From positions 1-54,341 of the IMG/VR virus record IMGVR_UViG_3300021959_005230: a DNA stretch of 54,341 nt. The stretch is one strand, 5' to 3'. This document shows, piece by piece, positions 28,199-37,709 of the stretch (positions are counted from its first letter, which is position 1; each line of letters starts with the position of its first letter). The stretch is from a virus. Its lineage: Duplodnaviria > Caudoviricetes. The position numbers and the translations under genes were made by a program. The notes below the pieces were generated by a model. The model saw only the letters and a list, made by a program, of their open reading frames with translations, was not told the DNA's origin and searched no databases.

Positions 28199-28439
28199 TT
28201 ATTAACGAGCTCCATTTTTTTAATTTTTCTCTTTTAACTTTCATACGTTTTACTATTTGATTATTAGTAACAATACCTTGTTCTTTGAGTAATTCGACCA
28301 TACACATTAAGTCGCCTATCTCATCTTGTAAATTTTCATAATCAACTTGCTCGTTGAACCTCAGCATTTTACTACATGCCTGTGATACTTCAGCACATTC
28401 TTCCATTGTAATAACTAATAATTCTTCTCGTCTATTCAT
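28188..28439 (-). CDS. MazG-like NTP pyrophosphohydrolase
   Basis: MEECAEV...LQDEIGDL (EExxE / ExGD). Confidence 0.7.
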   Translation of the reverse strand: MNRREELLVITMEECAEVSQACSKMLRFNEQVDYENLQDEIGDLMCMVELLKEQGIVTNNQIVKRMKVKREKLKKWSSLINEV

Positions 28440-28729
28440 TATTCTTCCTTAACAAATATTCCATCTACCATCTTGCCTTTGCGATCTTTTATATCCTCAT
28501 AAGCAACACCTAAACATTCTTCTAATGTTGTGCCTTCTCTTTCAGCAATGTTAATAAGAATAACTAGACAATCTCCAATGTCGTCTTTTACATCTTCTCC
28601 TTTACATACACTATCTGAAAGTTCTCCAACTTCTTGTATAAGTTTTAGTACTTGGTCCTTACTTGTTGCTCCATCAATTAGGTTCCTGTCATGGTGCCAT
28701 TGTGATGTTTTTTCAATTAACTCTTTCAT
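28439..28729 (-). CDS. MazG-like NTP pyrophosphohydrolase (likely start MKELIEK at 28729)
   Basis: KLIQEVGEL, DDIGDCLV and AYEDIKDRKG. Confidence 0.8.
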   Translation of the reverse strand: MKELIEKTSQWHHDRNLIDGATSKDQVLKLIQEVGELSDSVCKGEDVKDDIGDCLVILINIAEREGTTLEECLGVAYEDIKDRKGKMVDGIFVKEE

Positions 28730-29430
28730 ATTCCTGCTACCTCGCATGTTGTTTTAATTTCTTCTACTTCTTCTCTATTATGCCCAAACTGTTTCATCCA
28801 AAATGTTGTATCTATAACATGTTGGATCATTTTAACTTGTTCATCATTAAACCTTGTAAGCAATTCACCGCCTGTTTCGCTCAAATATAATACCCAGGGA
28901 CTTACTTTAGCACTTCTGATATCATGTACTGCTCTAGCAGGAGTTACTATTTTAAAATAATCTTGCCAATCATTGTCTGACTCTTCTGCCCACTTGTTTA
29001 GATATATTATAGTACGCTCTAGTGCTTTTAAGCCAGGTTCCTTTCTTACATAAGTTAGCAAAAACTCATCATACATTTTGTCTTTGCTCCAATCTGCAAG
29101 TTTCTTACCTTCTTTAATTAACCATTCTGCAAATTTCTCTGGAGACATATATTCGTTTACAATACAACTTCTACCAAACTTTGTAAATCCTTCATAGTAT
29201 TGGCTCTTTATAAAGTCTTCCATACTTTTAGGTTTACTTGCCTGTGTATTAAGTTCATAAAACATCTGAAATACTCTGTAACCTAGTCTTATATGAGTTA
29301 ATTCTTTATCGGCCCAACGTCTTTTCTTAACACACATATGAGCACTAAGAGTTCTTTCACTCATAAAACTTTTTTCACACCATTTACAAGTGTTACTTTC
29401 CAAAGATGTCTTTGATGGTTTTGTCATCAT
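28726..29430 (-). CDS. Hypothetical protein with N-terminal C2H(C)-type zinc finger
   Basis: CKWCEKSFMSERTLSAHMC. Confidence 0.65.
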   Translation of the reverse strand: MMTKPSKTSLESNTCKWCEKSFMSERTLSAHMCVKKRRWADKELTHIRLGYRVFQMFYELNTQASKPKSMEDFIKSQYYEGFTKFGRSCIVNEYMSPEKFAEWLIKEGKKLADWSKDKMYDEFLLTYVRKEPGLKALERTIIYLNKWAEESDNDWQDYFKIVTPARAVHDIRSAKVSPWVLYLSETGGELLTRFNDEQVKMIQHVIDTTFWMKQFGHNREEVEEIKTTCEVAGI

Positions 29431-29860
29431 ACCCGTGTGCTTTTGCTAATTCTTTTAATTCTTCTTTACTATTAATATCTATAAGGTTGTTTATATCTTC
29501 TGCCTTCATATGTGGAAATATCTCATATATAAAATCAAATATCTTACTTTTTTTCTTCCTGCTGTTAGGCGGTTTTACATAAGGATGAAACTGTATAGAG
29601 CCTACACCACATGTACTTAAAAGCAACCATTGTAGTTCTGGATGTTTACTAACTTCCATAAACTGATAGTTTACACATTCATTTGTCATAAAAATATAAT
29701 CTGCGGCATGTTTACCTTGTACACTACTGCAATATCGCATCATCATCCAGGCACTAAAAGCCTTTTTACCTTCATGTGATAAGTTATTATAAAAGTTTCT
29801 ATCCTTTTTGTCAATCGCCGCCATTATATCTTTTAATGGTATTTGTGGTTTTTTAGCCAT
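29393..29860 (-). CDS. Clamp-loader small subunit-like (T4 gp62-like)
   Basis: FSAWMMMRYCS...NECVN...HPELQWLLL...FHPYVKP pattern and size. Confidence 0.55.
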   Translation of the reverse strand: MAKKPQIPLKDIMAAIDKKDRNFYNNLSHEGKKAFSAWMMMRYCSSVQGKHAADYIFMTNECVNYQFMEVSKHPELQWLLLSTCGVGSIQFHPYVKPPNSRKKKSKIFDFIYEIFPHMKAEDINNLIDINSKEELKELAKAHGYDDKTIKDIFGK

Positions 29861-30399
29861 TACTCGCCTTCAAATTCAATTAATGCTTCAACATTAAATC
29901 CTGCTTTCTTTATTATAGCACTTCCACCTAAATCGGGCAAGTCTATTACAGCCAAAACTAGTATATTTTCTTTAGGTACTTTCCAGCATTGTGCTATTAA
30001 ACTTGCTAATGCCTTTGCTGTTCCGCCTGTAGCAATTAAATCGTCTACAATAACAATTTTATCATTAGATTTGATATCTGAGTTTCGTTGTATGTGTAAT
30101 TCTGCTTCTCCATACTCTAATTTATAATTTCGCTGATAAGTTTTATTAGGTAACTTGCCAGGCTTTCTTGCTAATATTAAAGGCAATTCCATATCTCTTG
30201 CTATGGGAGATCCAAATATAAACCCTCTGCTTTCTATTGCAACAATTTTAGTAGCATTAAAGGACATACATGTACTACTTAAACTTATTAATGCTTTGTT
30301 GAACGCTTCTGGGCGTTCTAACATACTTGTGATGTCCCTAAACTGTATTCCTTCTATAGGAAAGTCAGGTACTGTTCTTATAGTATCTTTTAAATCCAT
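29860..30399 (-). CDS. apt: Adenine phosphoribosyltransferase (likely start MDLKDT at 30399)
   Basis: PDFPIEGIQFRDI, ESRGF, RKPGKLP, LEYG and VDDLIATGGT (PRPP loop). Confidence 0.95.
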   Translation of the reverse strand: MDLKDTIRTVPDFPIEGIQFRDITSMLERPEAFNKALISLSSTCMSFNATKIVAIESRGFIFGSPIARDMELPLILARKPGKLPNKTYQRNYKLEYGEAELHIQRNSDIKSNDKIVIVDDLIATGGTAKALASLIAQCWKVPKENILVLAVIDLPDLGGSAIIKKAGFNVEALIEFEGE

Positions 30400-31484
30400 A
30401 AATCTTTTTGCTCCCAAGGTAAATCTTCTTTACCAAAATGTCCGTAATTAGTTGTCCTAGTTAAATCCAAACTAAATAAATTAAATTTATCTATAATACC
30501 TTTAGGTGTTAAGTCTACTTTACTTATAATATCTTCTGTAATATCTTGTCTTACTACACCGTCAGCATATACATAAACACTAGTTGGCTCTTTTACACCA
30601 ATTGCATAACTTAATTGTATAGTACAATTTTCTGCTTTGCCACTAGCAACTACATTCTTTGCTAAGTATCTTGCCATATAGGCGGCACTTCTATCTACTT
30701 TAGTACAATCCTTGCCACTAAATGCTCCGCCACCGTGTGGTGCATAACCGCCATAAGTATCTACAATAATTTTTCTTCCTGTGAGTCCACTGTCTCCATC
30801 AGGGCCTCCAATAACAAATCTGCCTGTAGGATTAATATGCCATACTGTTTTTAATAAATTAACTTTATCTTTTACAACAGGAAGTATAATATCCATTACA
30901 CGTTCTCTAACTTCCTCTATACTAAGTTCGTCACTATGTTGAGTACTGCATACCACCGTCTTAATTTCAATAGGCTTTCCAACACTATCATAACTAAATG
31001 TAACTTGTGATTTACTATCTGGACCTAACCAATCAGCACCATTTTCTCTTGCTGTTTGTAAGGCCTTGAGTATTTCATGGCTGTAATAAATTGCACTAGG
31101 CATATAATTAGGTGTCTCATCACAGGCATAACCGAACATTATACCTTGATCTCCTGCACCAAAGTCATCAGTACCCATAGCAATATCTGGAGATTGCCCA
31201 TGTAGTTCGTTATAAACTTTTAGTTTCTCCCAGTGAAAGCCATCTTGTTCGTATCCTAAATCTCTAACTATTGCCCTCACTAACTTTTCAATATAAACTT
31301 TATCAAACTTGTTGCTTTTATATTCTCCTGCAAGTGTAACCATATTAGTTGTTACTAATGTTTCAACTGCCGCTCTGTGATTATCTTTTCCGTCTAATAG
31401 ATATGTTGCTACTGCATCTGATATTCTATCTGCTATTTTATCTGGGTGCCCACTACTGACACTTTCACTTGTAAATTCGTACAT
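30390..31484 (-). CDS. metK: S-adenosylmethionine synthetase
   Basis: FTSESVSSGHPDK, GAGDQG, GRFVIGGP.GDSGLTGRKIIVDTYGG and GGGAFSGKD. Confidence 0.97.
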   Translation of the reverse strand: MYEFTSESVSSGHPDKIADRISDAVATYLLDGKDNHRAAVETLVTTNMVTLAGEYKSNKFDKVYIEKLVRAIVRDLGYEQDGFHWEKLKVYNELHGQSPDIAMGTDDFGAGDQGIMFGYACDETPNYMPSAIYYSHEILKALQTARENGADWLGPDSKSQVTFSYDSVGKPIEIKTVVCSTQHSDELSIEEVRERVMDIILPVVKDKVNLLKTVWHINPTGRFVIGGPDGDSGLTGRKIIVDTYGGYAPHGGGAFSGKDCTKVDRSAAYMARYLAKNVVASGKAENCTIQLSYAIGVKEPTSVYVYADGVVRQDITEDIISKVDLTPKGIIDKFNLFSLDLTRTTNYGHFGKEDLPWEQKDLWI

Positions 31485-31496
31485 ATTTTGTTTTCC

Positions 31497-31751
31497 TTAT
31501 CTTAATTTGTTTTCCATTATGTCTTCCCATGTAGAATATTCAATCCTATCAAATGATCCTTCAGGGAAGGCTGGTGGTACCCATTGCACCGACCTTTCTC
31601 TTTTATACACTTTTTGTAACCATACTCTGTTTCCAGATAATAATATTACAGGTTTCCAAGCAAACCATTTAATCCAAGGTGTGTATTCCGCCTCAGTAGG
31701 ATTCTTCAAATGTGGATACCTAGCATAAGCAGGATGATTATAATTCTCCAT
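31497..31751 (-). CDS. Small hypothetical protein (WxxWFAWxPV motif)
   Basis: WIKWFAWKPV...VWL motif typical of small phage proteins. Confidence 0.6.
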   Translation of the reverse strand: MENYNHPAYARYPHLKNPTEAEYTPWIKWFAWKPVILLSGNRVWLQKVYKRERSVQWVPPAFPEGSFDRIEYSTWEDIMENKLR

Positions 31752-32532
31752 CCTTTCTCATTTGTTCTCTGATTTTGGTTGCACTTATTTTTTGTGTTTC
31801 CTCATCTAAAACTTCTTCTTCAATTTTATAACCAACACCTCTGCCATATGTAATATTCATAATATTTGGAACACTATAAACTCTAAACTTACCGCCAAAT
31901 TCAGCCAGTTCTAATTCTACATTTTTGCAAATATCATCTACTTGCCATGGATTGTCTTCAGTTACTGGCATATCTCTAACCATTACTGCAACTTGGCCAT
32001 GTTTTGCCAATGCTCTTTCAAATAACTTTTGATGTCCTTCGTGCCATGGCTGAAATCTTCCTAACATCTGTGTAACAGGATGTTTAGGTTGAAACTCTGA
32101 ATCCTTAATATCAACAGTAAGTAATCTAGCCCATTCTTCTATTGCCTCTTCACTCCACCAATCATCTTCATTTATAACTGCATTTACTAATCCTGTAGGC
32201 TGTTCAAACATCTTATTAGTGTCTTCAAATCTACCTTCCTTTATAGTATTCATCCAGATTACATATTCAGGCATAAACTTTTCTCTAAGTTCATTAGTTG
32301 GACAAACAAAATCTGCAACACCATAACGTTGCTTTGCAACACTTTTACGGACATAATCCTGCATACGATTCATTTGTCGTTCTCTGCCTTCAGGAGAGAA
32401 ATCCCAATCATCAAATTTTTCCCTAATTTCATCAGCATTATACCAATCTGCATTGCCAAGTATTTCTACTAGTCTTTTTGCTAATGTTGTTTTACCTGAT
32501 CCAGGTAATCCGCATATTAAGATTCTTTTCAT
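31738..32532 (-). CDS. Adenylylsulfate-kinase-like P-loop domain fused to an HxGH nucleotidyltransferase domain
   Basis: GLPGSGKTT, NADEIR, DFSPEGR and FVCP (CysC-like); GRFQPWHEGH...ISATKIR (cytidylyltransferase-like). Confidence 0.8.
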   Translation of the reverse strand: MKRILICGLPGSGKTTLAKRLVEILGNADWYNADEIREKFDDWDFSPEGRERQMNRMQDYVRKSVAKQRYGVADFVCPTNELREKFMPEYVIWMNTIKEGRFEDTNKMFEQPTGLVNAVINEDDWWSEEAIEEWARLLTVDIKDSEFQPKHPVTQMLGRFQPWHEGHQKLFERALAKHGQVAVMVRDMPVTEDNPWQVDDICKNVELELAEFGGKFRVYSVPNIMNITYGRGVGYKIEEEVLDEETQKISATKIREQMRKDGEL

Positions 32533-33290
32533 CTGTTTTCTTTTTCCCATTCAACGTTGTCATCAAATTCTTCCCAGTACATTTTCATATCTTCATCTGT
32601 ATATTTGTCTGAGCTGTCGTGCCACTTTTTATTTAACCAACCCATGTCAGCACCATAACTTTTACCGGTTGAATCATTGTAATCATAATCAGTTTCTAAT
32701 TCTTCCTTGTCATAGTAAACAGTTTCAATTAATTCTGCTAAATTTGTTTCTACCATAGTGTAGCCAAGTTTAAATTCATCAAAGTCTTCTCCGTCTGTTT
32801 CTACAAACCATGCTCCAAAGGTACCTTTCTCTGAACTATGAAAACATATTACTGGCATGTATTCCTCTGTATTTTCTGTAGGCTCTTCCCTATTAAAGTA
32901 TCCACCTTCTCTACTGTATAACAGCATTCCATCTCCTTCATACACTACTTTTTCATAGTCCCAATCATCTGTACCATCTGCTGGAATTTCGTAAACATAA
33001 AATCCGCCATCTGCATAAGCACTATTTAGATGTTCTACATCATCACATTCCCACATATTATATCCATAACCAGGATCTGCTACAGGTGAAGGAGGAGTTT
33101 CAGGATTTAATAATGCATCTTCTGGTTCGTCATCAGATGTCCAACCTTGTGAATCTTCTTCCAATAAGACATCTATAAGTTCACCTTCGTCTAGATCTTG
33201 ATAGTGTTTTATAAATTCTGGATTTGCTTCTCCAAGAACTAACTCACCACCGTATCTGCCGCCTTCTATTCTAAATCTTCTCTTTGCCAT
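32529..33290 (-). CDS. Very acidic hypothetical protein
   Basis: Intact ORF, Asp/Glu/Tyr-rich. Confidence 0.65.
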   Translation of the reverse strand: MAKRRFRIEGGRYGGELVLGEANPEFIKHYQDLDEGELIDVLLEEDSQGWTSDDEPEDALLNPETPPSPVADPGYGYNMWECDDVEHLNSAYADGGFYVYEIPADGTDDWDYEKVVYEGDGMLLYSREGGYFNREEPTENTEEYMPVICFHSSEKGTFGAWFVETDGEDFDEFKLGYTMVETNLAELIETVYYDKEELETDYDYNDSTGKSYGADMGWLNKKWHDSSDKYTDEDMKMYWEEFDDNVEWEKENR

Positions 33291-33292
33291 TT

Positions 33293-33475
33293 TTACCAAC
33301 CTCCGTCAATTGTTTCCATTACTTCATTCATATGACCTAGCAGTTGTGTGATAGGTTCATCGTAGTCACCAATCTCATAGTCAACGTCATCTTGTTCTTT
33401 AAACATTGCCTTTATTTGGTCACCGTACTGAACAACCATTTCAAGTTGTTCTCTCATTTCATTTGATATAGCCAT
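33293..33475 (-). CDS. Small hypothetical protein
   Basis: TAATG-coupled ORF within the operon. Confidence 0.6.
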   Translation of the reverse strand: MAISNEMREQLEMVVQYGDQIKAMFKEQDDVDYEIGDYDEPITQLLGHMNEVMETIDGGW

Positions 33476-33891
33476 TATGCTTCCTTGTTAGGATTCCACA
33501 TAACTAAATTTTTAGTTTTAAGCCTGTTAGCAACTATATTGTACCTGGATTGCTCTGCTTTCCATTCTTTAAGCCATTTATGACCGTCTCTTTCTGCATC
33601 TATAAAGATTGCATTAGTAAATGCTAATGGCAATAGTACTGCAACATGTATAATAATACTTGCAAGTGTGCTATATCCAAATATACCTAAGTAGTTTGCG
33701 GCTAAGAAGCCAAAGAACACACTCCATACAGTAAACAGTACTAACATAAAGTATGTCTGTAGACTTGGGTCTGGTATATATTTTAATGGATTGTATCTGA
33801 CATCCATCACTCGTCTCCAGCCATTTACGAGACTCATTACAGTCCTTCTAAATAGACTTGGCTTTTGCATTAGTGGTTGTATTTTACTCAT
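33475..33891 (-). CDS. Membrane protein with two predicted TM helices
   Basis: FMLVLFTVWSVFFGFLAA and LASIIIHVAVLLPLAFT; AGGAGA SD. Confidence 0.7.
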   Translation of the reverse strand: MSKIQPLMQKPSLFRRTVMSLVNGWRRVMDVRYNPLKYIPDPSLQTYFMLVLFTVWSVFFGFLAANYLGIFGYSTLASIIIHVAVLLPLAFTNAIFIDAERDGHKWLKEWKAEQSRYNIVANRLKTKNLVMWNPNKEA

Positions 33892-33899
33892 TTTTTCTC

Positions 33900-33995
33900 C
33901 TATTTTAAGTGGTTCCTAAAGAACTCTTTTATAACATGTCCACCTACTGATGCCCATGTTACTACAATTAAACTCCAAATTAACAAATCTAGCAT
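33900..33995 (-). CDS. 31-aa single-TM peptide (not in ORF track)
   Basis: MLDLLIWSLIVVTWASVGGHVIKEFFRNHLK; TAATG overlap with the upstream stop; fills the intergenic gap. Confidence 0.6.
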   Translation of the reverse strand: MLDLLIWSLIVVTWASVGGHVIKEFFRNHLK

Positions 33996-34492
33996 TACAC
34001 TAGATCAGCAATTTGTATATCTTTTACTTTGTTTGCTTCTTTTACAAAGTAAGCACATTTTGGGTTAGGTCCATCTTCTAATGGAACTGCCAACATATGA
34101 CCATTTTTTAATTTAGGAAAGTACCATTTAACATCCTGATAAACATTTGTAATTCCTATTTCTTCACTTGCTGGTATTCTAGTTGTCATTGGATTCATAA
34201 CCAATACCCTAAACCCTCTGTTGTTTAAACTTGCTAGTGGTAATACTTCTATGCCGTCTAAATCCTCATCACACAACAATATACTCCAGTCCATAGGCAT
34301 TTGTACATTGTACTGTCCTATTTGTAAACATATTGCAGGAGCATGAAAACTCTCTAAAAATATTAAAGGCAAGAAGAAAAAATCTACATACTCTGGATCT
34401 CCTCCGTCTAGTATACAATATCTTATATCCTCTATCTCATCTGGTACACAATCTATATCGTATGTGTCATTTTCTACTGTTAGTATCTTCAT
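33995..34492 (-). CDS. Hypothetical protein downstream of uvsW
   Basis: Intact ORF with AAGGA SD. Confidence 0.65.
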   Translation of the reverse strand: MKILTVENDTYDIDCVPDEIEDIRYCILDGGDPEYVDFFFLPLIFLESFHAPAICLQIGQYNVQMPMDWSILLCDEDLDGIEVLPLASLNNRGFRVLVMNPMTTRIPASEEIGITNVYQDVKWYFPKLKNGHMLAVPLEDGPNPKCAYFVKEANKVKDIQIADLV

Positions 34493-34501
34493 ATTTTTTC
34501 C

Positions 34502-35962
34502 TTATTTTTTGTAATCAACCTTTGTCACGTGAAACCTGAACCCTTGCTCTTTGTAAAATTGTTTCCTTTTTGTAAGATGTCTTTTACTGTATTTTAAATT
34601 ACTTGTAATGTCTAATACATTTACATAGTCTTTATCAGAGGCTTTTCTAATCCCTCTGCCTATACTTTGTATAACCCTTACAAAACTCTTACCTGGTTCC
34701 AACATAACCAAGTTAAATATTCTTGGTATATTAATACCTACAGCCGCTACACCATATGTTGCAACTATAACTTTATTATCCATTTGAGAGACATCATCAT
34801 AGTTCTCTTGCCTGTCTGATTGCTTCATTGAACCTGAAACAAACACCCAATCTGGATTTAATTCTTCTAAACGTTCGCCTGTTGCTATCCTATCTATTAG
34901 CACTAATGTATTTCCGTTTACAGCAACACCTTTAATGATTTCAGATAGCTCTTTTAATCTTTTTTCATCAGTTACTAGCCATTTTAACTCTTGAGCATAA
35001 TTTCCAAACTGTATCATTCCATCTTGTAATTGTAAAATATTGATATCTAAATCTGCAAGTACACCCATGTCCTGTAATTCTTTACTGCTCATTTTACCAA
35101 CAACAGGACCTAAACTACAAGTACAACCAACTGCGTCATACTCCTCTTTAGGAATTGTTCCTGTAAGTCCCCATCTGATAGGAACATTGGCAAATACACC
35201 ACTTAATAGGTTTCTTAACACATCTGCTTTTGCTTTGTGTACTTCGTCCACCATAACACAGGCAACGTCTTCTAAAAACTCATCTATTGGAAATTCTGCT
35301 TCATAATTTTTACTTTTCTTTTCCATTATACTTAAACTTTGCCAAGTACAAATTGTATGCGTCTTATCAAATTCTTTACGATCTCCATAAAGTACACCTA
35401 CATCAAGACCTAAATTTTTGTAATCTTTTTCAGTTTGTACCACTAAGTCTTTATTAGGAACAATTACAATAGTTCTGCCATAGTCCTCACATTTATGACT
35501 TAACACGGCAGTTATAAGTGTCTTACCAGCACCTGTGGCAATCTCTTGTAAGCATTGTGTGTTTTGTAAAAACTTATTAATTATATCTACCTGATAGTCT
35601 CTGAGTATTACAGGCTGTCCTTCTGCAGGATGTCTTTTAGGCCATGCTACATGATCATAACTTGTCTGGTTTACTTCTTCAAAATTAAACTCCCAAGACT
35701 TTCTGCTGTCTTGTATTTCAATTTCATAACCTTCATCTGTTATAATAGGAACTAACTTATCTAATAATTGGAAATATGTTCTGCCACCAATGTCGCAGTA
35801 CCTTACACAACCATCCCATCTGCCTAGTTTGTAAGCAGGCATATGATATGCATGAGGTAAGAAATATTTACATGCATCAGAAATTTTACGCCTTGCTTTT
35901 ACATCAAGTCCCTTAAAACGAACATTTACTTCGTCTCTAATTTCTAAAACACATTTTGCCAT
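34502..35962 (-). CDS. uvsW: SF2 DNA helicase UvsW-like
   Basis: WDG, LRDYQ, ATGAGKT, DEVH, GLTGT and QSIGRGIR. Confidence 0.9.
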   Translation of the reverse strand: MAKCVLEIRDEVNVRFKGLDVKARRKISDACKYFLPHAYHMPAYKLGRWDGCVRYCDIGGRTYFQLLDKLVPIITDEGYEIEIQDSRKSWEFNFEEVNQTSYDHVAWPKRHPAEGQPVILRDYQVDIINKFLQNTQCLQEIATGAGKTLITAVLSHKCEDYGRTIVIVPNKDLVVQTEKDYKNLGLDVGVLYGDRKEFDKTHTICTWQSLSIMEKKSKNYEAEFPIDEFLEDVACVMVDEVHKAKADVLRNLLSGVFANVPIRWGLTGTIPKEEYDAVGCTCSLGPVVGKMSSKELQDMGVLADLDINILQLQDGMIQFGNYAQELKWLVTDEKRLKELSEIIKGVAVNGNTLVLIDRIATGERLEELNPDWVFVSGSMKQSDRQENYDDVSQMDNKVIVATYGVAAVGINIPRIFNLVMLEPGKSFVRVIQSIGRGIRKASDKDYVNVLDITSNLKYSKRHLTKRKQFYKEQGFRFHVTKVDYKK

Positions 35963-35967
35963 AATAT

Positions 35968-35997
35968 ATTATACTAGTAGTTGTACTGTAATGTCAA
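35968..35997 (-). promoter_or_regulatory. Sigma70-like promoter TTGACA-18-TATAAT, 5 nt upstream of the uvsW ATG
   Basis: Read directly from the sequence. Confidence 0.7.
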
Positions 35998-37659
35998 GTA
36001 AATTTCTCTACCTTCATTATTATAATAAGGTAATACTTCTGCTTCTTCGTCAGTAATATTTTCTAATTTAAAGTTTACACTAAGTCCATTGCTATATCTT
36101 TTTGTTATATAAAAGTTTAATTTCTTTAAATCATCTAAGTACTCTTGGCCTTCTGGTAAAGTATCATATAGTCCAGGCTTTCTGTCAAACTGTCCTGCAT
36201 ATTTTATTCTATAATCTATACCCTTGATGTTCTGTTTCCATTGTAATACACCAACATACTCTGGAATTCTTACTTGATCTGTGTCATTAAATTTTAATGT
36301 TATACTAAAAGGTCCAAAGTTATTACTAAATCTGATACCTTGTGTTTCGTATGAACCTGAATTATAGTATGATGCAGGAGTATAAACATCTTCTGTAACT
36401 GCATCAAGTATTAAATCACCTTCAGTATTGTATACTGCTTCATCTATAATAGTTGTTACTGTAGAACTGCTAGTGTACTCTATAGATTCATCAAACTCAT
36501 ATCTAAATATGCTTAATGCACCAAATCCTAATTCATATCCAACACCTTCTTCAGGTAATAAGTTTTCATTTGCACTTACAAATGCATCTCCAAATGTTTC
36601 ATATAAGTTTGGACGCCTGTAACTAGTAGCAACATTAAAAAAGAACTGATCTTTAGCAATACCTAATCGCATAGCATTTTGATCTTCATTACCAAATCTA
36701 AAACCAAAGTTATACTCTAAGGCAAACTCGGCATTTATACTTAAAAATGCACCATAGTTGTCTTGTTCCTTTTCGCCATACTGGTCTCTGCTACCATCTA
36801 CACCATATGTAACTTGTAGTAAGTTGGATAAATCTGCTGTATCGCCTATTCTAAAGTAATCTCTGCTACTCTCATTTAAATATGTACTAACACCTTCTGT
36901 AAAATACTCTGCTTTATCTTCTGTTCTACCTATTGTGAAATATTCGTTCCTAATACTAACAGTAAATCGTTCACCGTCCTGTAAGCAATCATTTGATTGT
37001 GAGAAATCAGCAGTATAACAATTATCATAATCGTATGCATAATCCGTACCACTTATATAAAAAGTAAAGTCTCCTGCATCTGCAATAATTTTAGCACTGG
37101 TATTTTCGTATACATCTTTTTCTTCATTATCGTTTCTTACTTCTTGATTAACAGAAAAGTCTGTAAACTGTATCCAGTCTGTAGGAGCAACTGACAGGTA
37201 TCTGTGCTTTTCACTTCCTAATCTGCCTGTTACACCTCTTGTAATAGTGTCTTGTATTAATACTGTACCACCCATACTGCCTGAGCCATACATAACACTA
37301 TTTGCTCCACTTATAATACTAACCTCTTCTCCTGACACTATGTCATGCCCTAAATCGTACCATCCTGAACCAGGTGTATTTTGTGGTATGCCATTTCTAT
37401 ATACAGTTGTATGTACTGATTGAGTGCCACGCTCTCTATATAAAATATTACCACCATAACCACCTGCTATCCATGTAGTGTCAGGCATAATAGCAGAAAT
37501 TAATTTTGTGCTATCTAAATTATTTGTTTGTTTTGTTTTTACTTCTTGTGCAATAACAACAACCTCTTCTATATCTTCAGCAAGTGCAAATGCTGTCCAT
37601 AAAGGTAAAGTAATAACTATTGCAATTTTTACGATATTATCGTATAGGAATTTTTCCAT
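35974..37659 (-). CDS. TonB-dependent outer-membrane receptor (BtuB-like size)
   Basis: Signal peptide ending ALA; IEEVVVIAQ (TonB box); plug motifs RGT..HT.V..NG and GANSVMYGSGSMGGTV; C-terminal ENITDE...GREIYLTLQYNY. Confidence 0.88.
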   Translation of the reverse strand: MEKFLYDNIVKIAIVITLPLWTAFALAEDIEEVVVIAQEVKTKQTNNLDSTKLISAIMPDTTWIAGGYGGNILYRERGTQSVHTTVYRNGIPQNTPGSGWYDLGHDIVSGEEVSIISGANSVMYGSGSMGGTVLIQDTITRGVTGRLGSEKHRYLSVAPTDWIQFTDFSVNQEVRNDNEEKDVYENTSAKIIADAGDFTFYISGTDYAYDYDNCYTADFSQSNDCLQDGERFTVSIRNEYFTIGRTEDKAEYFTEGVSTYLNESSRDYFRIGDTADLSNLLQVTYGVDGSRDQYGEKEQDNYGAFLSINAEFALEYNFGFRFGNEDQNAMRLGIAKDQFFFNVATSYRRPNLYETFGDAFVSANENLLPEEGVGYELGFGALSIFRYEFDESIEYTSSSTVTTIIDEAVYNTEGDLILDAVTEDVYTPASYYNSGSYETQGIRFSNNFGPFSITLKFNDTDQVRIPEYVGVLQWKQNIKGIDYRIKYAGQFDRKPGLYDTLPEGQEYLDDLKKLNFYITKRYSNGLSVNFKLENITDEEAEVLPYYNNEGREIYLTLQYNY

Positions 37660-37709
37660 GATCTATTTCTCCTGTAGTGACTGATCTAGTCGTAAATCTA
37701 ATATTGTTA

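Noticed and set aside
29860-37659. Host chromosomal contamination (metK, apt, TonB receptor)
   Set aside because: The genes overlap or are coupled with phage genes, and share their strand, composition and promoter style.
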